From the NCBI GenBank assembly GCA_002686855.1, contig NYYQ01000064.1, positions 1-39,781 of the forward strand: a stretch of DNA of 39,781 nucleotides, given 5' to 3'. Positions 8,557-17,119 of this stretch are shown piece by piece; positions within the stretch are counted from its first letter, which is position 1, and every line of letters starts with the position of its first letter. The notes beneath the pieces were generated by a model that saw only the letters and a program-made list of their open reading frames with translations, made no database searches and was not told the DNA's origin. The stretch is from Candidatus Woesearchaeota archaeon (GTDB lineage: Archaea > Nanobdellota > Nanobdellia > Woesearchaeales > GW2011-AR4). The position numbers and the translations under genes were made by a program.

Positions 8557-8740
8557 TTTTATAATTCGATTATTTAATTCTTATAATTTAATTTACTTAT
8601 ATTTATTTTTTTAAATTGATTTTATTGTTATTTTATTAATGGCTATTTTTTAATTGTTTTATTGATTATTGTTTTATTTTTAATGGCTTTATTATTTTTA
8701 ATATAAACATTTTTAAAATTACCGAATAACTGATGGTATC

Positions 8741-9880
8741 ATGAAAGGATTTTTAATAACCCACAAGGGAACAGAAGAAATTGCAGCTTTAGAAATAAAG
8801 GAACTTATAGGCAAAAAAGCCAAAACAACAGAATCAGCAGTTGTTTTTGATATAAAAGAACATGAAGAACTGTTCAAATTATGCTACCAGTCCCAATCAT
8901 CCATGGGAATCTATTATCTTCTTTCAGAATTCAACTACACAAATATTTTTGCCGATTTCAAAAAAAACATACAAAAAACCAATTTTGCCGAATGGCTATC
9001 AAAAAAATCCACTTTTAGGGTAAAATGCAGAAAAATTCAAGAAACTGACATGTCAACACCGGAATTAGAGAAAGAATTCGGAGCTTTAATCATCGACCAT
9101 ATACAAAAAAAACACAATTACAAACAAAAAGTTGACCTTGAAAATCCAGATATCATAATATTTGTTTATCTAACTAAAAACAAATGCTATCTAGGAATAG
9201 ATTTTGCTGGTTTTGACTTAAGCAAAAGAGCTTTCAACATATTCATGCACCCTGCAGCTGTAAAAGGAACAATAGCTTATTCTCTAATCAGACTATCCAG
9301 CTTCAATAAAAATGAAACACTCCTTGACACTTTTTCAGGTTCTGGCAATATACCGATAGAAGCAGCATTATTTTCCTCTGATTTGCCAGTTAACTTCTAC
9401 AACAAGGAAAAATTTCTTTTCTTAAAGTTTGAAAAATTCAAAAGTTACAACTTCAAAAAATTTTTTGAAAAAATAGATGGCAAAATCCAAAGCAAAAAAT
9501 CAAAAATCTATAATATCGACAACTCAATGAAGCATCTTAATTATGCCAAGAAAAACAGCAAGATAGCAGGTGCTGATAAAAAAATAAATTTTAGCAGGAT
9601 AGACATAGAATGGCTAGACACAAAATTTGATAAAGGTAAAATAGACAAAATAGTGACAAAGATACCTTCATTAAACACAAAAGACATCAATAAAATCTAC
9701 AATGAGTTCTTTTACCAGGCAGATTTTGTCCTTAACAAAAAAGGAAAAATCGTATTAATAGGGAATAAAGCTTTAATAGAAAAATTTGCGCCCAAATATA
9801 AATTTAAAATTGCAGACGAAACAAACATTTTTAGCGGTAAAGAAGAGTACGATGTTTTTGTAATCGTAAAATATAAATAG
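8741..9880 (+). CDS. THUMP-domain class I SAM-dependent RNA methyltransferase (COG0116/Trm14-like)
   Basis: N-terminal ferredoxin-like/THUMP part (FRVKCRK, IIIFVYLTKNKCYLGIDFAG). SAM motif I is LLDTFSGSGNIPIEAA. Motif IV reads VTKIPS instead of NPPY/DPPY. Confidence 0.72.
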   Translation: MKGFLITHKGTEEIAALEIKELIGKKAKTTESAVVFDIKEHEELFKLCYQSQSSMGIYYLLSEFNYTNIFADFKKNIQKTNFAEWLSKKSTFRVKCRKIQETDMSTPELEKEFGALIIDHIQKKHNYKQKVDLENPDIIIFVYLTKNKCYLGIDFAGFDLSKRAFNIFMHPAAVKGTIAYSLIRLSSFNKNETLLDTFSGSGNIPIEAALFSSDLPVNFYNKEKFLFLKFEKFKSYNFKKFFEKIDGKIQSKKSKIYNIDNSMKHLNYAKKNSKIAGADKKINFSRIDIEWLDTKFDKGKIDKIVTKIPSLNTKDINKIYNEFFYQADFVLNKKGKIVLIGNKALIEKFAPKYKFKIADETNIFSGKEEYDVFVIVKYK

Positions 9881-9924
9881 GAAAAATATATAAAATAAAG
9901 AAGTTTAAAAAATGGGAGTAAAAA

Positions 9925-10206
9925 ATGGGTGAAACTAGAAAGACAAGTTTATTTGAGAAAATGCTCCTCATAGTTGGCATAGTTGTTCTTATCATGGGTT
10001 ATATGATGATCAACAAGGTATTTATTGCTGAAGGAGGAAAATTAAGCTGGGGATTTCTACAAACTGTTTTCTTATGGCTATTAATGGTTATAATCATCAT
10101 TGTGATTGTAATAGGGGAAGACATAAAAGAAGGCATTCTTCTTCAGCAGCTTGAGGAGACAAAGTCTCTTAAGGAATACATGATTAAAGGAAAGAAAAAA
10201 CATTAA
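9925..10206 (+). CDS. Small two-TM membrane protein, unknown function
   Basis: Two hydrophobic spans (LLIVGIVVLIMGYMMI and FLWLLMVIIIIVIVIG). There is no recognisable family. Confidence 0.45.
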   Translation: MGETRKTSLFEKMLLIVGIVVLIMGYMMINKVFIAEGGKLSWGFLQTVFLWLLMVIIIIVIVIGEDIKEGILLQQLEETKSLKEYMIKGKKKH

Positions 10207-10207
10207 A

Positions 10208-10215
10208 TTTATAAA
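10208..10215 (+). promoter_or_regulatory. TATA box (TTTATAAA) for RNase P RNA
   Basis: It is centred ~27 nt upstream of the inferred 5' end at 10238. Confidence 0.55.
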
Positions 10216-10237
10216 CACTATATTCTTACTTTTTAAG

Positions 10238-10586
10238 GTAGGGTCAGTACTTAGCTGACGCATTTTCCTTTGAGAAAGTGTGAGGAAAGTCCACCCACTT
10301 ACCTAACGGTAATGGCCACTTGCGGAAGCAAGAACTGGAAACAGTTGGCAACCACTCAGAAACGAGACCACCTGGAAATAGGATGAAAAAAGCGAAAGTG
10401 TTGGTGACAACACCGAGTTAACCTTTTGACGTTTTTTCAGGAATGGGTGAAACGGTGAGCCCTGGTTGGTGCAAGTCAGAAAATGGTTGTTATACAACCT
10501 TAAAGACGCTTAGTTAAATGCTAAGGCAGGTGATAGCAGCTTGCTGCTGAAAACACCTGACAGAAGGTGGCTTATTCTGATCCTAC
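10238..10586 (+). ncRNA. rnpB: RNase P RNA (archaeal type A-like)
   Basis: CR-I GAGGAAAGUCC (about 10282-10292). GGGUGAAACGGUG element. CR-V ACAGAAGGUGGCUUA (10560-10574). P1 pairing of GUAGGGUCAG (10238-10247) with CUGAUCCUAC (10577-10586). Confidence 0.9.
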
Positions 10587-10608
10587 ATATATTTAATAAA
10601 TATCTAGA

Positions 10609-10782
10609 ATGGCACAACAAAAAATCAACATGCCCTCAGGTTCAGGCGGACTAATGAGGTATTTCGACGAATACAAAAGCAAGATAAGGATAAAAGCAGG
10701 CCATATAATCATCATGTGCATTGTTGTTATAGTAATAATGTTATTTCTATACACATATGGAAATACTCTTTTAGGTATATAA
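10609..10782 (+). CDS. secG: Preprotein translocase subunit Sec61beta (57 aa, below the ORF-track cutoff)
   Basis: MAQQKINMPSGSGGLMRYFDEYKSKIRIKAGHIIIMCIVVIVIMLFLYTYGNTLLGI. It has the GGLxRYFDE motif plus a single C-terminal TM. Confidence 0.8.
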   Translation: MAQQKINMPSGSGGLMRYFDEYKSKIRIKAGHIIIMCIVVIVIMLFLYTYGNTLLGI

Positions 10783-10784
10783 AA

Positions 10785-11123
10785 ATGATTCCAGGTATGA
10801 ACCCAAGAGATGTGCAGAAAGCAATGAAGCGATTAGGCATAAAACAGGAAGAGGTCGATGCAGTGGAAGTAATAATAAGAACCCAAGATAAAGAAATAAT
10901 AATTACCGATCCTCAAGTAAGCAAGGTAAACATGGCTGGCCAGGAAACATTCCAGATAAGCGGAATAACAGATGAAAGACCTCTTTCTTCAGAACCAGAA
11001 ATTAATGAAGAAGATATCAAAACAGTAATGGAACAGACAGGAGCCACAGAAGAAAAAGCAAAACAAGCAATTGAAAACAATAATGGAGATTTAGCAAAAT
11101 CCATCATGGAATTAAAAGGATAG
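10785..11123 (+). CDS. nac: Nascent polypeptide-associated complex protein (NAC + UBA)
   Basis: MIPGMNPRDVQKAMKRLGIKQEEV... with a C-terminal UBA-like EEKAKQAIENNNGDLAKSIMEL. The true ATG is at 10785. The track ORF start at 10716 overlaps sec61beta. Confidence 0.88.
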   Translation: MIPGMNPRDVQKAMKRLGIKQEEVDAVEVIIRTQDKEIIITDPQVSKVNMAGQETFQISGITDERPLSSEPEINEEDIKTVMEQTGATEEKAKQAIENNNGDLAKSIMELKG

Positions 11124-11178
11124 TTCTTTCTCTATTTTTTCACAAAAATATTTAAACTTCCTTTCTATAATATCCTTT

Positions 11179-11664
11179 ATGGAAAAGTTCCAGGAATTAA
11201 GGGATGCAGCAAAGAAAAAACTACAGCTTGCAGACCATATTTTAACCATGACTTATCCGATAGTTAAAGATTCCCGCCTTTTATTGTCTTCTATTGAAAA
11301 CCTATTCCTTGCATTTTCTTATGGCATGAATTCAATACTTCATTATGACTTGCTTTTCAAACGAATCCCCCCATTTCCAGATAATTTTACATCCAAGCTT
11401 GAATTATTCCGATACAAATGCGCAAAAAGATATGGTATAAGTGATGAACACTTGAAAATAATAAAAGACCTGAAAGATATAATAGTTGCGCATAAAAAAA
11501 GCCCGGTAGAGTTCTCAAGAAATGAGAATTTCGTTATTTGCAATGGAGATTACAGAACAAGAATCATATCTGTAAATGAAGTTAAAGGCTATGTGGGAAA
11601 GGCAAAATTATTTATAAAGAGTGTTTTTACCATTGTAAGTAAGGACGAGAAAATATTCCAATAA
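11179..11664 (+). CDS. Hypothetical helical protein, paralog A
   Basis: It aligns by eye with the next ORF (ADHIL~VDHLF, IENLFLAFSYGMNSILHY~VERLISTFSFGIESLLKH, PVEFSR~REEFRR). Confidence 0.6.
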   Translation: MEKFQELRDAAKKKLQLADHILTMTYPIVKDSRLLLSSIENLFLAFSYGMNSILHYDLLFKRIPPFPDNFTSKLELFRYKCAKRYGISDEHLKIIKDLKDIIVAHKKSPVEFSRNENFVICNGDYRTRIISVNEVKGYVGKAKLFIKSVFTIVSKDEKIFQ

Positions 11665-11668
11665 CAGA

Positions 11669-12133
11669 ATGAAAGAAGCTTTAGATAACGCAATAAAAGA
11701 AATAAAAAGAGTTGACCACTTGTTCTATGTAAGCTTAAAATACACTAGAACTGTGGATATGATGAAGCACATGGTAGAGCGCTTAATAAGCACTTTTTCT
11801 TTTGGAATAGAATCCTTGCTTAAACATGCAAAAGAAGAAAAAAAGATAGATGAAATACCCGCTAATGAAGGTCTTAGGTGGAAGCTATTGATGGAAACTT
11901 TTCCAAATGAAGAGCTTAAAAATTACATAAATCTTTATTTAAGGTTAAGGAAAGTAATAAGGGCAAAATACACCAAAAGAGAAGAATTTAGAAGGCATGT
12001 TACAATGACAGCTACAATAGATAATGGAAAAATAGTGGAGGTGAACATCGACTCTTTAAAGGAAGACTATGAAAAAACAAAAAATTTCATTAAGTTTGTA
12101 AGAACAATAATCTATGGAGAGGAAAAAGTTTAA
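11669..12133 (+). CDS. Hypothetical helical protein, paralog B
   Basis: It is a tandem paralog of 11179-11664. There is a 4-nt gap upstream and a 1-nt overlap (TAATG) with the next gene. Confidence 0.6.
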   Translation: MKEALDNAIKEIKRVDHLFYVSLKYTRTVDMMKHMVERLISTFSFGIESLLKHAKEEKKIDEIPANEGLRWKLLMETFPNEELKNYINLYLRLRKVIRAKYTKREEFRRHVTMTATIDNGKIVEVNIDSLKEDYEKTKNFIKFVRTIIYGEEKV

Positions 12134-12630
12134 TGCAGGACATAAAAAAGAAGCTCTTAGAAAAAGGATGGAAAAAAAGCGATATAAATAGAACCCTGAA
12201 GATAATAGAAAAGGCAAAAGCAAACAAGCACCATCATATAAAAATTTTGGACAAATCTGTTTATTGGATTTCTTTGATTATTGCCATAATAGGAAATTTT
12301 ATCATATCACTTTCATTAATACCTCTGCTTTTAGCATTAAAAAGTTTCCCCCTATATTTAGTCCTAATAACCATCGGGATTTCTTTTGGATTACTTTTTG
12401 AATTATTAATTAGAACAATAGAAAATTTAGAAACAAGGCATCATATTTTTTTAACCGTAATAATACCTTTAGTAGCTATAATTAACGTTTTTATAATTGT
12501 CTTATTCTCAAACAGATTGGAGGAAATAATAAATATCCAAAATCCTCAAAACCCGCTTATTATTGGAATTGTTTATGCAGGCGCTTTTATTATTCCATAT
12601 GCTGTCTATCAATTATTCTTGAAAAAATAG
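12133..12630 (+). CDS. Membrane protein (soluble ~40-aa N-terminal domain + 4 TM), unknown function
   Basis: Hydrophobic spans are readable in the translation. It is translationally coupled to paralog B. Confidence 0.55.
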   Translation: MQDIKKKLLEKGWKKSDINRTLKIIEKAKANKHHHIKILDKSVYWISLIIAIIGNFIISLSLIPLLLALKSFPLYLVLITIGISFGLLFELLIRTIENLETRHHIFLTVIIPLVAIINVFIIVLFSNRLEEIINIQNPQNPLIIGIVYAGAFIIPYAVYQLFLKK

Positions 12631-12640
12631 CCGCAAAACA

Positions 12641-12648
12641 TTTATAAG
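12641..12648 (+). promoter_or_regulatory. TATA box (TTTATAAG) for tRNA-His
   Basis: It is centred ~28 nt upstream of G-1 at 12673. Confidence 0.5.
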
Positions 12649-12672
12649 GTAAAAGTTAGTTCTAAAGACTAT

Positions 12673-12750
12673 GGCGACCGTGGTGTATCCTGGTTAGCAT
12701 TGGAGACTGTGGATCTCCAGGACCGAGTTCAAATCTCGGCGGTCGCCCCA
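12673..12750 (+). tRNA. tRNA-His (GUG) with encoded G-1 and encoded CCA
   Basis: Acceptor GCGACCG/CGGTCGC. Anticodon stem GGAGA/TCTCC with loop CTGTGGA. T arm CCGAG-TTCAAAT-CTCGG. Discriminator C opposite an extra 5' G. A T-run follows. Confidence 0.9.
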
Positions 12751-12894
12751 TTTTTCTATATAATTGCAGTAGTTCCGAAAGACCAAGAACGGAAAACGAA
12801 TCTTCAATATCATCAGGATAATCATTATATAATCTACTTACGAATATTTATATCTGGCTTATCTTTTTTAGATTCAATCTATTAGGAGGTTAAA

Positions 12895-13017
12895 ATGTTT
12901 GAAATTAGATCTAAAGTAGTGGATAAAGAGTTTATTATAAGAGCTTCTGGTGCTCAGATTGGTGACATCTGGATAATGGGTTCAGAAGCAGTAATTTGGT
13001 ATGGATCAAAACTGTAA
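12895..13017 (+). CDS. Candidate 40-aa ORF (MFEIRSKVVDKEFIIRASGAQIGDIWIMGSEAVIWYGSKL)
   Basis: A strong SD (AGGAGGT) lies 6 nt upstream. There is no homology that I recognise. It lies between 13-nt inverted repeats. Confidence 0.3.
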   Translation: MFEIRSKVVDKEFIIRASGAQIGDIWIMGSEAVIWYGSKL

Positions 13018-13057
13018 TTTATTTTCCACTTTCCGAACTACCGAATTGACCATAAGC

Positions 13058-13067
13058 TTTATAAATA
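13058..13067 (+). promoter_or_regulatory. TATA box (TTTATAAATA) of the rps13 operon
   Basis: It lies ~100 nt upstream of the rps13 ATG, which implies a ~75-nt structured leader. Confidence 0.5.
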
Positions 13068-13164
13068 GACTTTCTTTCCTTTTTACTCTAAGCCCGAGTT
13101 CAAAAAAGAGAGCGCTTTTAGGGTTCATCAAAGTGCTATATTCTCGGTTATACAACAATTAAAA

Positions 13165-13668
13165 ATGGTAGAAACACCTCAGCAAAATAAAGAAAAAGAC
13201 GATTTCAGGTATTTTATAAGAATTGCAAACACAGACCTTGATGGAAATAAACAGATAGCTCCAGCCCTAACCAAGATTAAAGGAGTTGGTTTTATGTTTT
13301 CAAATATGGTTTGTAATCTTGCAGGAATAGATAAAACAAGCAAAACTGGCTACCTTAAAGATGAGCAAGTTAAGAAGTTGGATGATGTTTTAAACAATCC
13401 ATCAAAGTATGATATACCTTCATGGATGCTTAATACCAGAAAACGTTATGATGATGGTAAAGATTACCATATCCTAACATCAGATTTAACTTTTAAAATT
13501 GAGAATGATATTAAGAAATTAAAGAAAATAAGATCTTACCGCGGGATAAGACATGGAATAGGCTTACCACTAAGAGGCCAAAGAACAAAGTCAAATTTCC
13601 GAAAAAACAAGGGTAAATCTTCTCTTGGTGTAAAGAGAAAAGAAGGAGCAAAATCAGGAAGAACGTAA
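13165..13668 (+). CDS. rps13: 30S ribosomal protein uS13
   Basis: IRIANTDLDGNKQIAPALTKIKGVGFMF...IRSYRGIRHGIGLPLRGQRTKSN. Confidence 0.93.
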   Translation: MVETPQQNKEKDDFRYFIRIANTDLDGNKQIAPALTKIKGVGFMFSNMVCNLAGIDKTSKTGYLKDEQVKKLDDVLNNPSKYDIPSWMLNTRKRYDDGKDYHILTSDLTFKIENDIKKLKKIRSYRGIRHGIGLPLRGQRTKSNFRKNKGKSSLGVKRKEGAKSGRT

Positions 13669-13723
13669 AAAATGGGACAATGAAAATCTTTGATTTTCAA
13701 GCCCCAAAATTTAGGTGTAATTT

Positions 13724-14419
13724 ATGGGAAGACCAAAAAGACAAAGGAAAAAATTTTCAAAGCCAACCCATCCTTGGCAGAAAGAAAGAATTTTAGCAGA
13801 AAAAGAACTGTTAAAAGACTACGGTCTAAGAAGAAAATATGAAATATGGAAGATGAGTTCAATCCTGAAAAATTTCACAAACCAGGCCAAAAATCTTATC
13901 ACTATAAAAACCCAGCAATCAGATAAAGAACGGGATCAGTTGCTTACAAAACTTTCTTCCCTTAAATTAATAGAATCTAATGCTAAAATTGAAGATGTTT
14001 TATCCTTAACACTCAAAGATGTTATGGAAAGAAGATTGCAAACTTTGGTCTATAAAAAAAACCTAGCAAAAAGTCTTACTCAAGCACGGCAATTTATTGT
14101 TCACGAACATGTCGCTATAGGTGATAAAACTATAACAGCGCCATCTTACCTTGTTCACTTAAATGAAGAAAATAATATACAATTTACCCAGAGTTCTGCT
14201 TTTGCTGATTCTAACCACCCAGAAAGATTAGTGCAAGAAAAGAAGTCAGAAGTAAAAAAAGAAAAATCTGATAAAAAGCAAACAGCAAAAGAAACAGAGA
14301 AAGAAGAAACAAAAAAAGATTCAAAACCTAAGAAACAGGCTAAGAAAGAAAAACCAGTAGAAGAGAAAAAAGAAGATAAAATATCTAAAAACGAAAAAAC
14401 CGAGACTAAAGAAAAATGA
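13724..14419 (+). CDS. rps4: 30S ribosomal protein uS4 with a ~60-aa KE-rich tail
   Basis: [23 protein letters not shown]...[15 protein letters not shown]. The tail starts at ~aa 171. Confidence 0.92.
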   Translation: MGRPKRQRKKFSKPTHPWQKERILAEKELLKDYGLRRKYEIWKMSSILKNFTNQAKNLITIKTQQSDKERDQLLTKLSSLKLIESNAKIEDVLSLTLKDVMERRLQTLVYKKNLAKSLTQARQFIVHEHVAIGDKTITAPSYLVHLNEENNIQFTQSSAFADSNHPERLVQEKKSEVKKEKSDKKQTAKETEKEETKKDSKPKKQAKKEKPVEEKKEDKISKNEKTETKEK

Positions 14420-14817
14420 GAGCACCAACCAATGAAAGATGGGGAATTGCGCATATTTATGCATCATACAACAATACAATAATCCATATAACTGACATTA
14501 CCGGAACAGAGACAATAAGCAAAGCTTCTGGTGGAATGGTTGTAAAAAGTGATAGGATGGAATCTTCTCCTACTGCTGCAATGATTGCTGCTAAAAGAGC
14601 TGCAGAAACAGCCAAAGAAAAGGGGATAAATTCTATCCATGTTAAGATACGGGCAGCAGGCGGGCATAACCGCCCTACCAGTCCAGGACCGGGAGCTCAA
14701 GCTGCTATAAGGGCCTTATCAAGAGTGGGTTTGAGAATAGGAATTATTGAAGATGTTACTCCTCTTCCGCATGATGGCTGCAGAAAAAAAGGCGGTCGCA
14801 GAGGACGCAGAGTTTAA
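14416..14817 (+). CDS. rps11: 30S ribosomal protein uS11
   Basis: [21 protein letters not shown]...[33 protein letters not shown]. It overlaps rps4 by ATGA. Confidence 0.93.
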   Translation: MRAPTNERWGIAHIYASYNNTIIHITDITGTETISKASGGMVVKSDRMESSPTAAMIAAKRAAETAKEKGINSIHVKIRAAGGHNRPTSPGPGAQAAIRALSRVGLRIGIIEDVTPLPHDGCRKKGGRRGRRV

Positions 14818-14833
14818 TTGGAGGTTTTAAAAA

Positions 14834-15625
14834 ATGGAAACAAGAGTATTGGAAAATAACAAAAATATGGGAAAACTTTCATTTATAATTAAAGATACAA
14901 ATGCTGCCTTTGTAAATACCTTAAGAAGAATTATGATGGATGAAGTTCCTACAATGGCTATTGAAGATGTAGAATTCAGAAAAAACAATTCCATACTATA
15001 TGATGAAATGATAGCGCACAGACTTGGCTTAACACCGCTAAAAACAGATTTAAAATCATATAACCTGCCAGAGAATTGCAAATGTGAAGGAGAAGGTTGT
15101 GCAAGATGCCAGCTTAAGCTTACACTTAAAGTTTCAGCATCAGGTACTGTTTGTGCTTCTGAACTCAAAAGTAAAGATCCTGCTGTTAAGCCTGTCCATC
15201 CAAAAATGCCCATCGTGAAGCTGTTGAAAAACCAGTCATTAGAGCTTGAAGCTACTGCTGTTCTGGGAAAAGGAAAGTTACACTCAAAATGGAGTCCATG
15301 CCTTGCTTATTACAAATATAAGCCTTCAATAGAAATAGGGAATGTAAAGAATCCTGAAGAAATAGTAGAAGCAACTCATGGAAATATTTTTGAAATAAAA
15401 AACGGAAAACTGGAAGTCATTAAGGATAATTTGTTTAAGTATGATCTTGCAGGTGTTGTAGAAGATGCATCAAAAGGAGAAGTTAAGGTTAAGCGCGATA
15501 ATGATTTTATTTTTTATATCGAATCATGGGGACAGTTAACCTGCAAGGAAATTTTAAATCATGCAATGGATATTTTCAATAAAACTTTTGACGAATTTAA
15601 TGAAAAAATAAAGAAGGCAAAATAA
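14834..15625 (+). CDS. rpoD: RNA polymerase subunit Rpo3 (D)
   Basis: FVNTLRRIMMDEVPTMAIEDVEF...AHRLGLTPL. Cys cluster CKCEGEGCARCQ. It sits in the conserved position after uS11. Confidence 0.9.
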   Translation: METRVLENNKNMGKLSFIIKDTNAAFVNTLRRIMMDEVPTMAIEDVEFRKNNSILYDEMIAHRLGLTPLKTDLKSYNLPENCKCEGEGCARCQLKLTLKVSASGTVCASELKSKDPAVKPVHPKMPIVKLLKNQSLELEATAVLGKGKLHSKWSPCLAYYKYKPSIEIGNVKNPEEIVEATHGNIFEIKNGKLEVIKDNLFKYDLAGVVEDASKGEVKVKRDNDFIFYIESWGQLTCKEILNHAMDIFNKTFDEFNEKIKKAK

Positions 15626-15655
15626 TCATTATTTATCCTTCGCAGATAAAATAAA

Positions 15656-16021
15656 ATGGTAAAACGAACAGGACCAACAAATACTTTATTAAGTGAATTA
15701 ATCTCAGAATTAAAGAAAAGAAGTAATGAGCAGTCTGTTAATTTATGGAAAAGAATAGCTCTTGATTTAGAAAAGCCCACAAGACAAAGAAGGGCCGTTA
15801 ACATATCAAGAATTAATAGATATACTAAAGAAAATGAAATAATAATTGTCCCTGGCAAGATTTTGGGTTCAGGAATTTTAAAGCACAAACTTACAATATC
15901 TGCTTACCAGTTTTCAGATCAGGCAAAAGAGAAAATAGAAAAATCAGGAGCTACTATAGTTCCTCTCTTGGAATTAAGCAAAGAAAAGCCAAATGGTAAA
16001 AGAATAAGAATCATAGGTTAA
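15656..16021 (+). CDS. rpl18e: 50S ribosomal protein eL18
   Basis: MVKRTGPTNTLLSELISEL...RRAVNISRINRYTKENEIIIVPGKILGSG. Confidence 0.9.
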   Translation: MVKRTGPTNTLLSELISELKKRSNEQSVNLWKRIALDLEKPTRQRRAVNISRINRYTKENEIIIVPGKILGSGILKHKLTISAYQFSDQAKEKIEKSGATIVPLLELSKEKPNGKRIRIIG

Positions 16022-16073
16022 AAAACAATGAAAATTAAAAATTTTCAAGCTTTAAATTTCGGAGAAATTTAAA

Positions 16074-16493
16074 ATGATAATAGATGCTAATAATATCATA
16101 TTGGGAAGATTAGGAACATATGCAGCTAAAAAAGCGCTGCTAGGAGAAAAAATAGATATTGTTAATTGCGAAAGCTGCATGATTACAGGAGATAAAAAAA
16201 GAGTTTTAGAGGATTACAAAAGAAAATTCAAGATGGGAACCCCAAAAAAAGGCCCATTTTTTTATAAAATGCCTGACAGGTTTGTTAAGAGATCTATTAG
16301 GGGAATGTTGCCTTACAAAAAAGAAAGGGGCAGAAATGCTTTTGATAACATAAAATGCCATATAGGGGTTCCTGAAAACCTTAAGGACCAAAAATTAGAG
16401 GCATTAAAGGAAGCGACTATAGAAAAACTTCCTAATCTAAAATACATAAGTGTGAAGGAAATCTGCAATCAAATGGGAGCTAATCTAAAATGA
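16074..16493 (+). CDS. rpl13: 50S ribosomal protein uL13
   Basis: IIDANNIILGRLGTYAAKKALLGEKIDIVNCE...SIRGMLPYK. Confidence 0.92.
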   Translation: MIIDANNIILGRLGTYAAKKALLGEKIDIVNCESCMITGDKKRVLEDYKRKFKMGTPKKGPFFYKMPDRFVKRSIRGMLPYKKERGRNAFDNIKCHIGVPENLKDQKLEALKEATIEKLPNLKYISVKEICNQMGANLK

Positions 16494-16891
16494 AGGTAAT
16501 AACATCATCCGGAAAAAGAAAAAGTGCAATTGCAAGAGCAACAGTAAAAGCAGGAAATGGAATAGTTAAAATAAACAACAAACTTTTGGATTTTTATGAG
16601 CCAAAACTTTCAAGATTAAAGCTAAAAGAGCCATTACTTCTTGCTGGTGATTTAGTACACAAAGTAAACATAAATGTTAATGTTGTTGGCGGAGGAATCT
16701 CATCCCAGGCAGATGCTTCTCGCTTAGCAATTGCAAAGGCACTTGTAGAGTATTCAAAAAGCGGCAAATTAAAAGAACAATTTTTAAATTACGACAGAAA
16801 CCTTATTGTTGCTGACGTAAGAAGAAAAGAGCCTGCAAAGCCAAATAGGCACGGACAAGCCAGGGCAAAAAGACAAAAATCATACAGATAA
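16490..16891 (+). CDS. rps9: 30S ribosomal protein uS9
   Basis: SGKRKSAIARATVKAGNG...GGGISSQADASRLAIAKAL...RRKEPAKPNRHGQARAKRQKSYR. It overlaps rpl13 by ATGA. Confidence 0.93.
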   Translation: MKVITSSGKRKSAIARATVKAGNGIVKINNKLLDFYEPKLSRLKLKEPLLLAGDLVHKVNINVNVVGGGISSQADASRLAIAKALVEYSKSGKLKEQFLNYDRNLIVADVRRKEPAKPNRHGQARAKRQKSYR

Positions 16892-16911
16892 ACTAAACAA
16901 GGTGAACAAAA

Positions 16912-17109
16912 ATGATAATACCTATAAGATGCTGGTCATGTGGAAAACCCATCGGACATTTATGGGAATCTTATTTAGAAAAACTTGAGAAGGGAGAAGA
17001 CAGAAAGAAAGTTTTAGATGAATCAGGTTTAGAAAGATACTGCTGCAGAGCAATATTTTTAGGACATATCGATCTAATTGACACAGTAGCGCAGTTTAAG
17101 AAATTTTAA
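16912..17109 (+). CDS. rpoN: RNA polymerase subunit Rpo10 (N)
   Basis: MIIPIRCWSCGKPIGHLWE...RYCCRAIFLGHIDLID. Confidence 0.92.
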   Translation: MIIPIRCWSCGKPIGHLWESYLEKLEKGEDRKKVLDESGLERYCCRAIFLGHIDLIDTVAQFKKF

Positions 17110-17119
17110 TTTTTAAAAA

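Noticed and set aside
10303-10497. 64-aa minus-strand ORF
   Set aside because: It lies entirely inside the RNase P RNA, whose conserved CR-I/CR-V motifs and P1 pairing explain the region.
12700-12885. 61-aa ORF starting inside tRNA-His
   Set aside because: It starts within the tRNA anticodon arm and runs through the T-run terminator, with no RBS. The tRNA explains the sequence.
13058-13150. A second, intron-containing tRNA gene suggested by the duplicated T-arm
   Set aside because: Only the T-arm is present. The ~29 nt available upstream cannot hold D and anticodon arms, and that space coincides with the operon TATA box. The would-be acceptor pairing has a mismatch.
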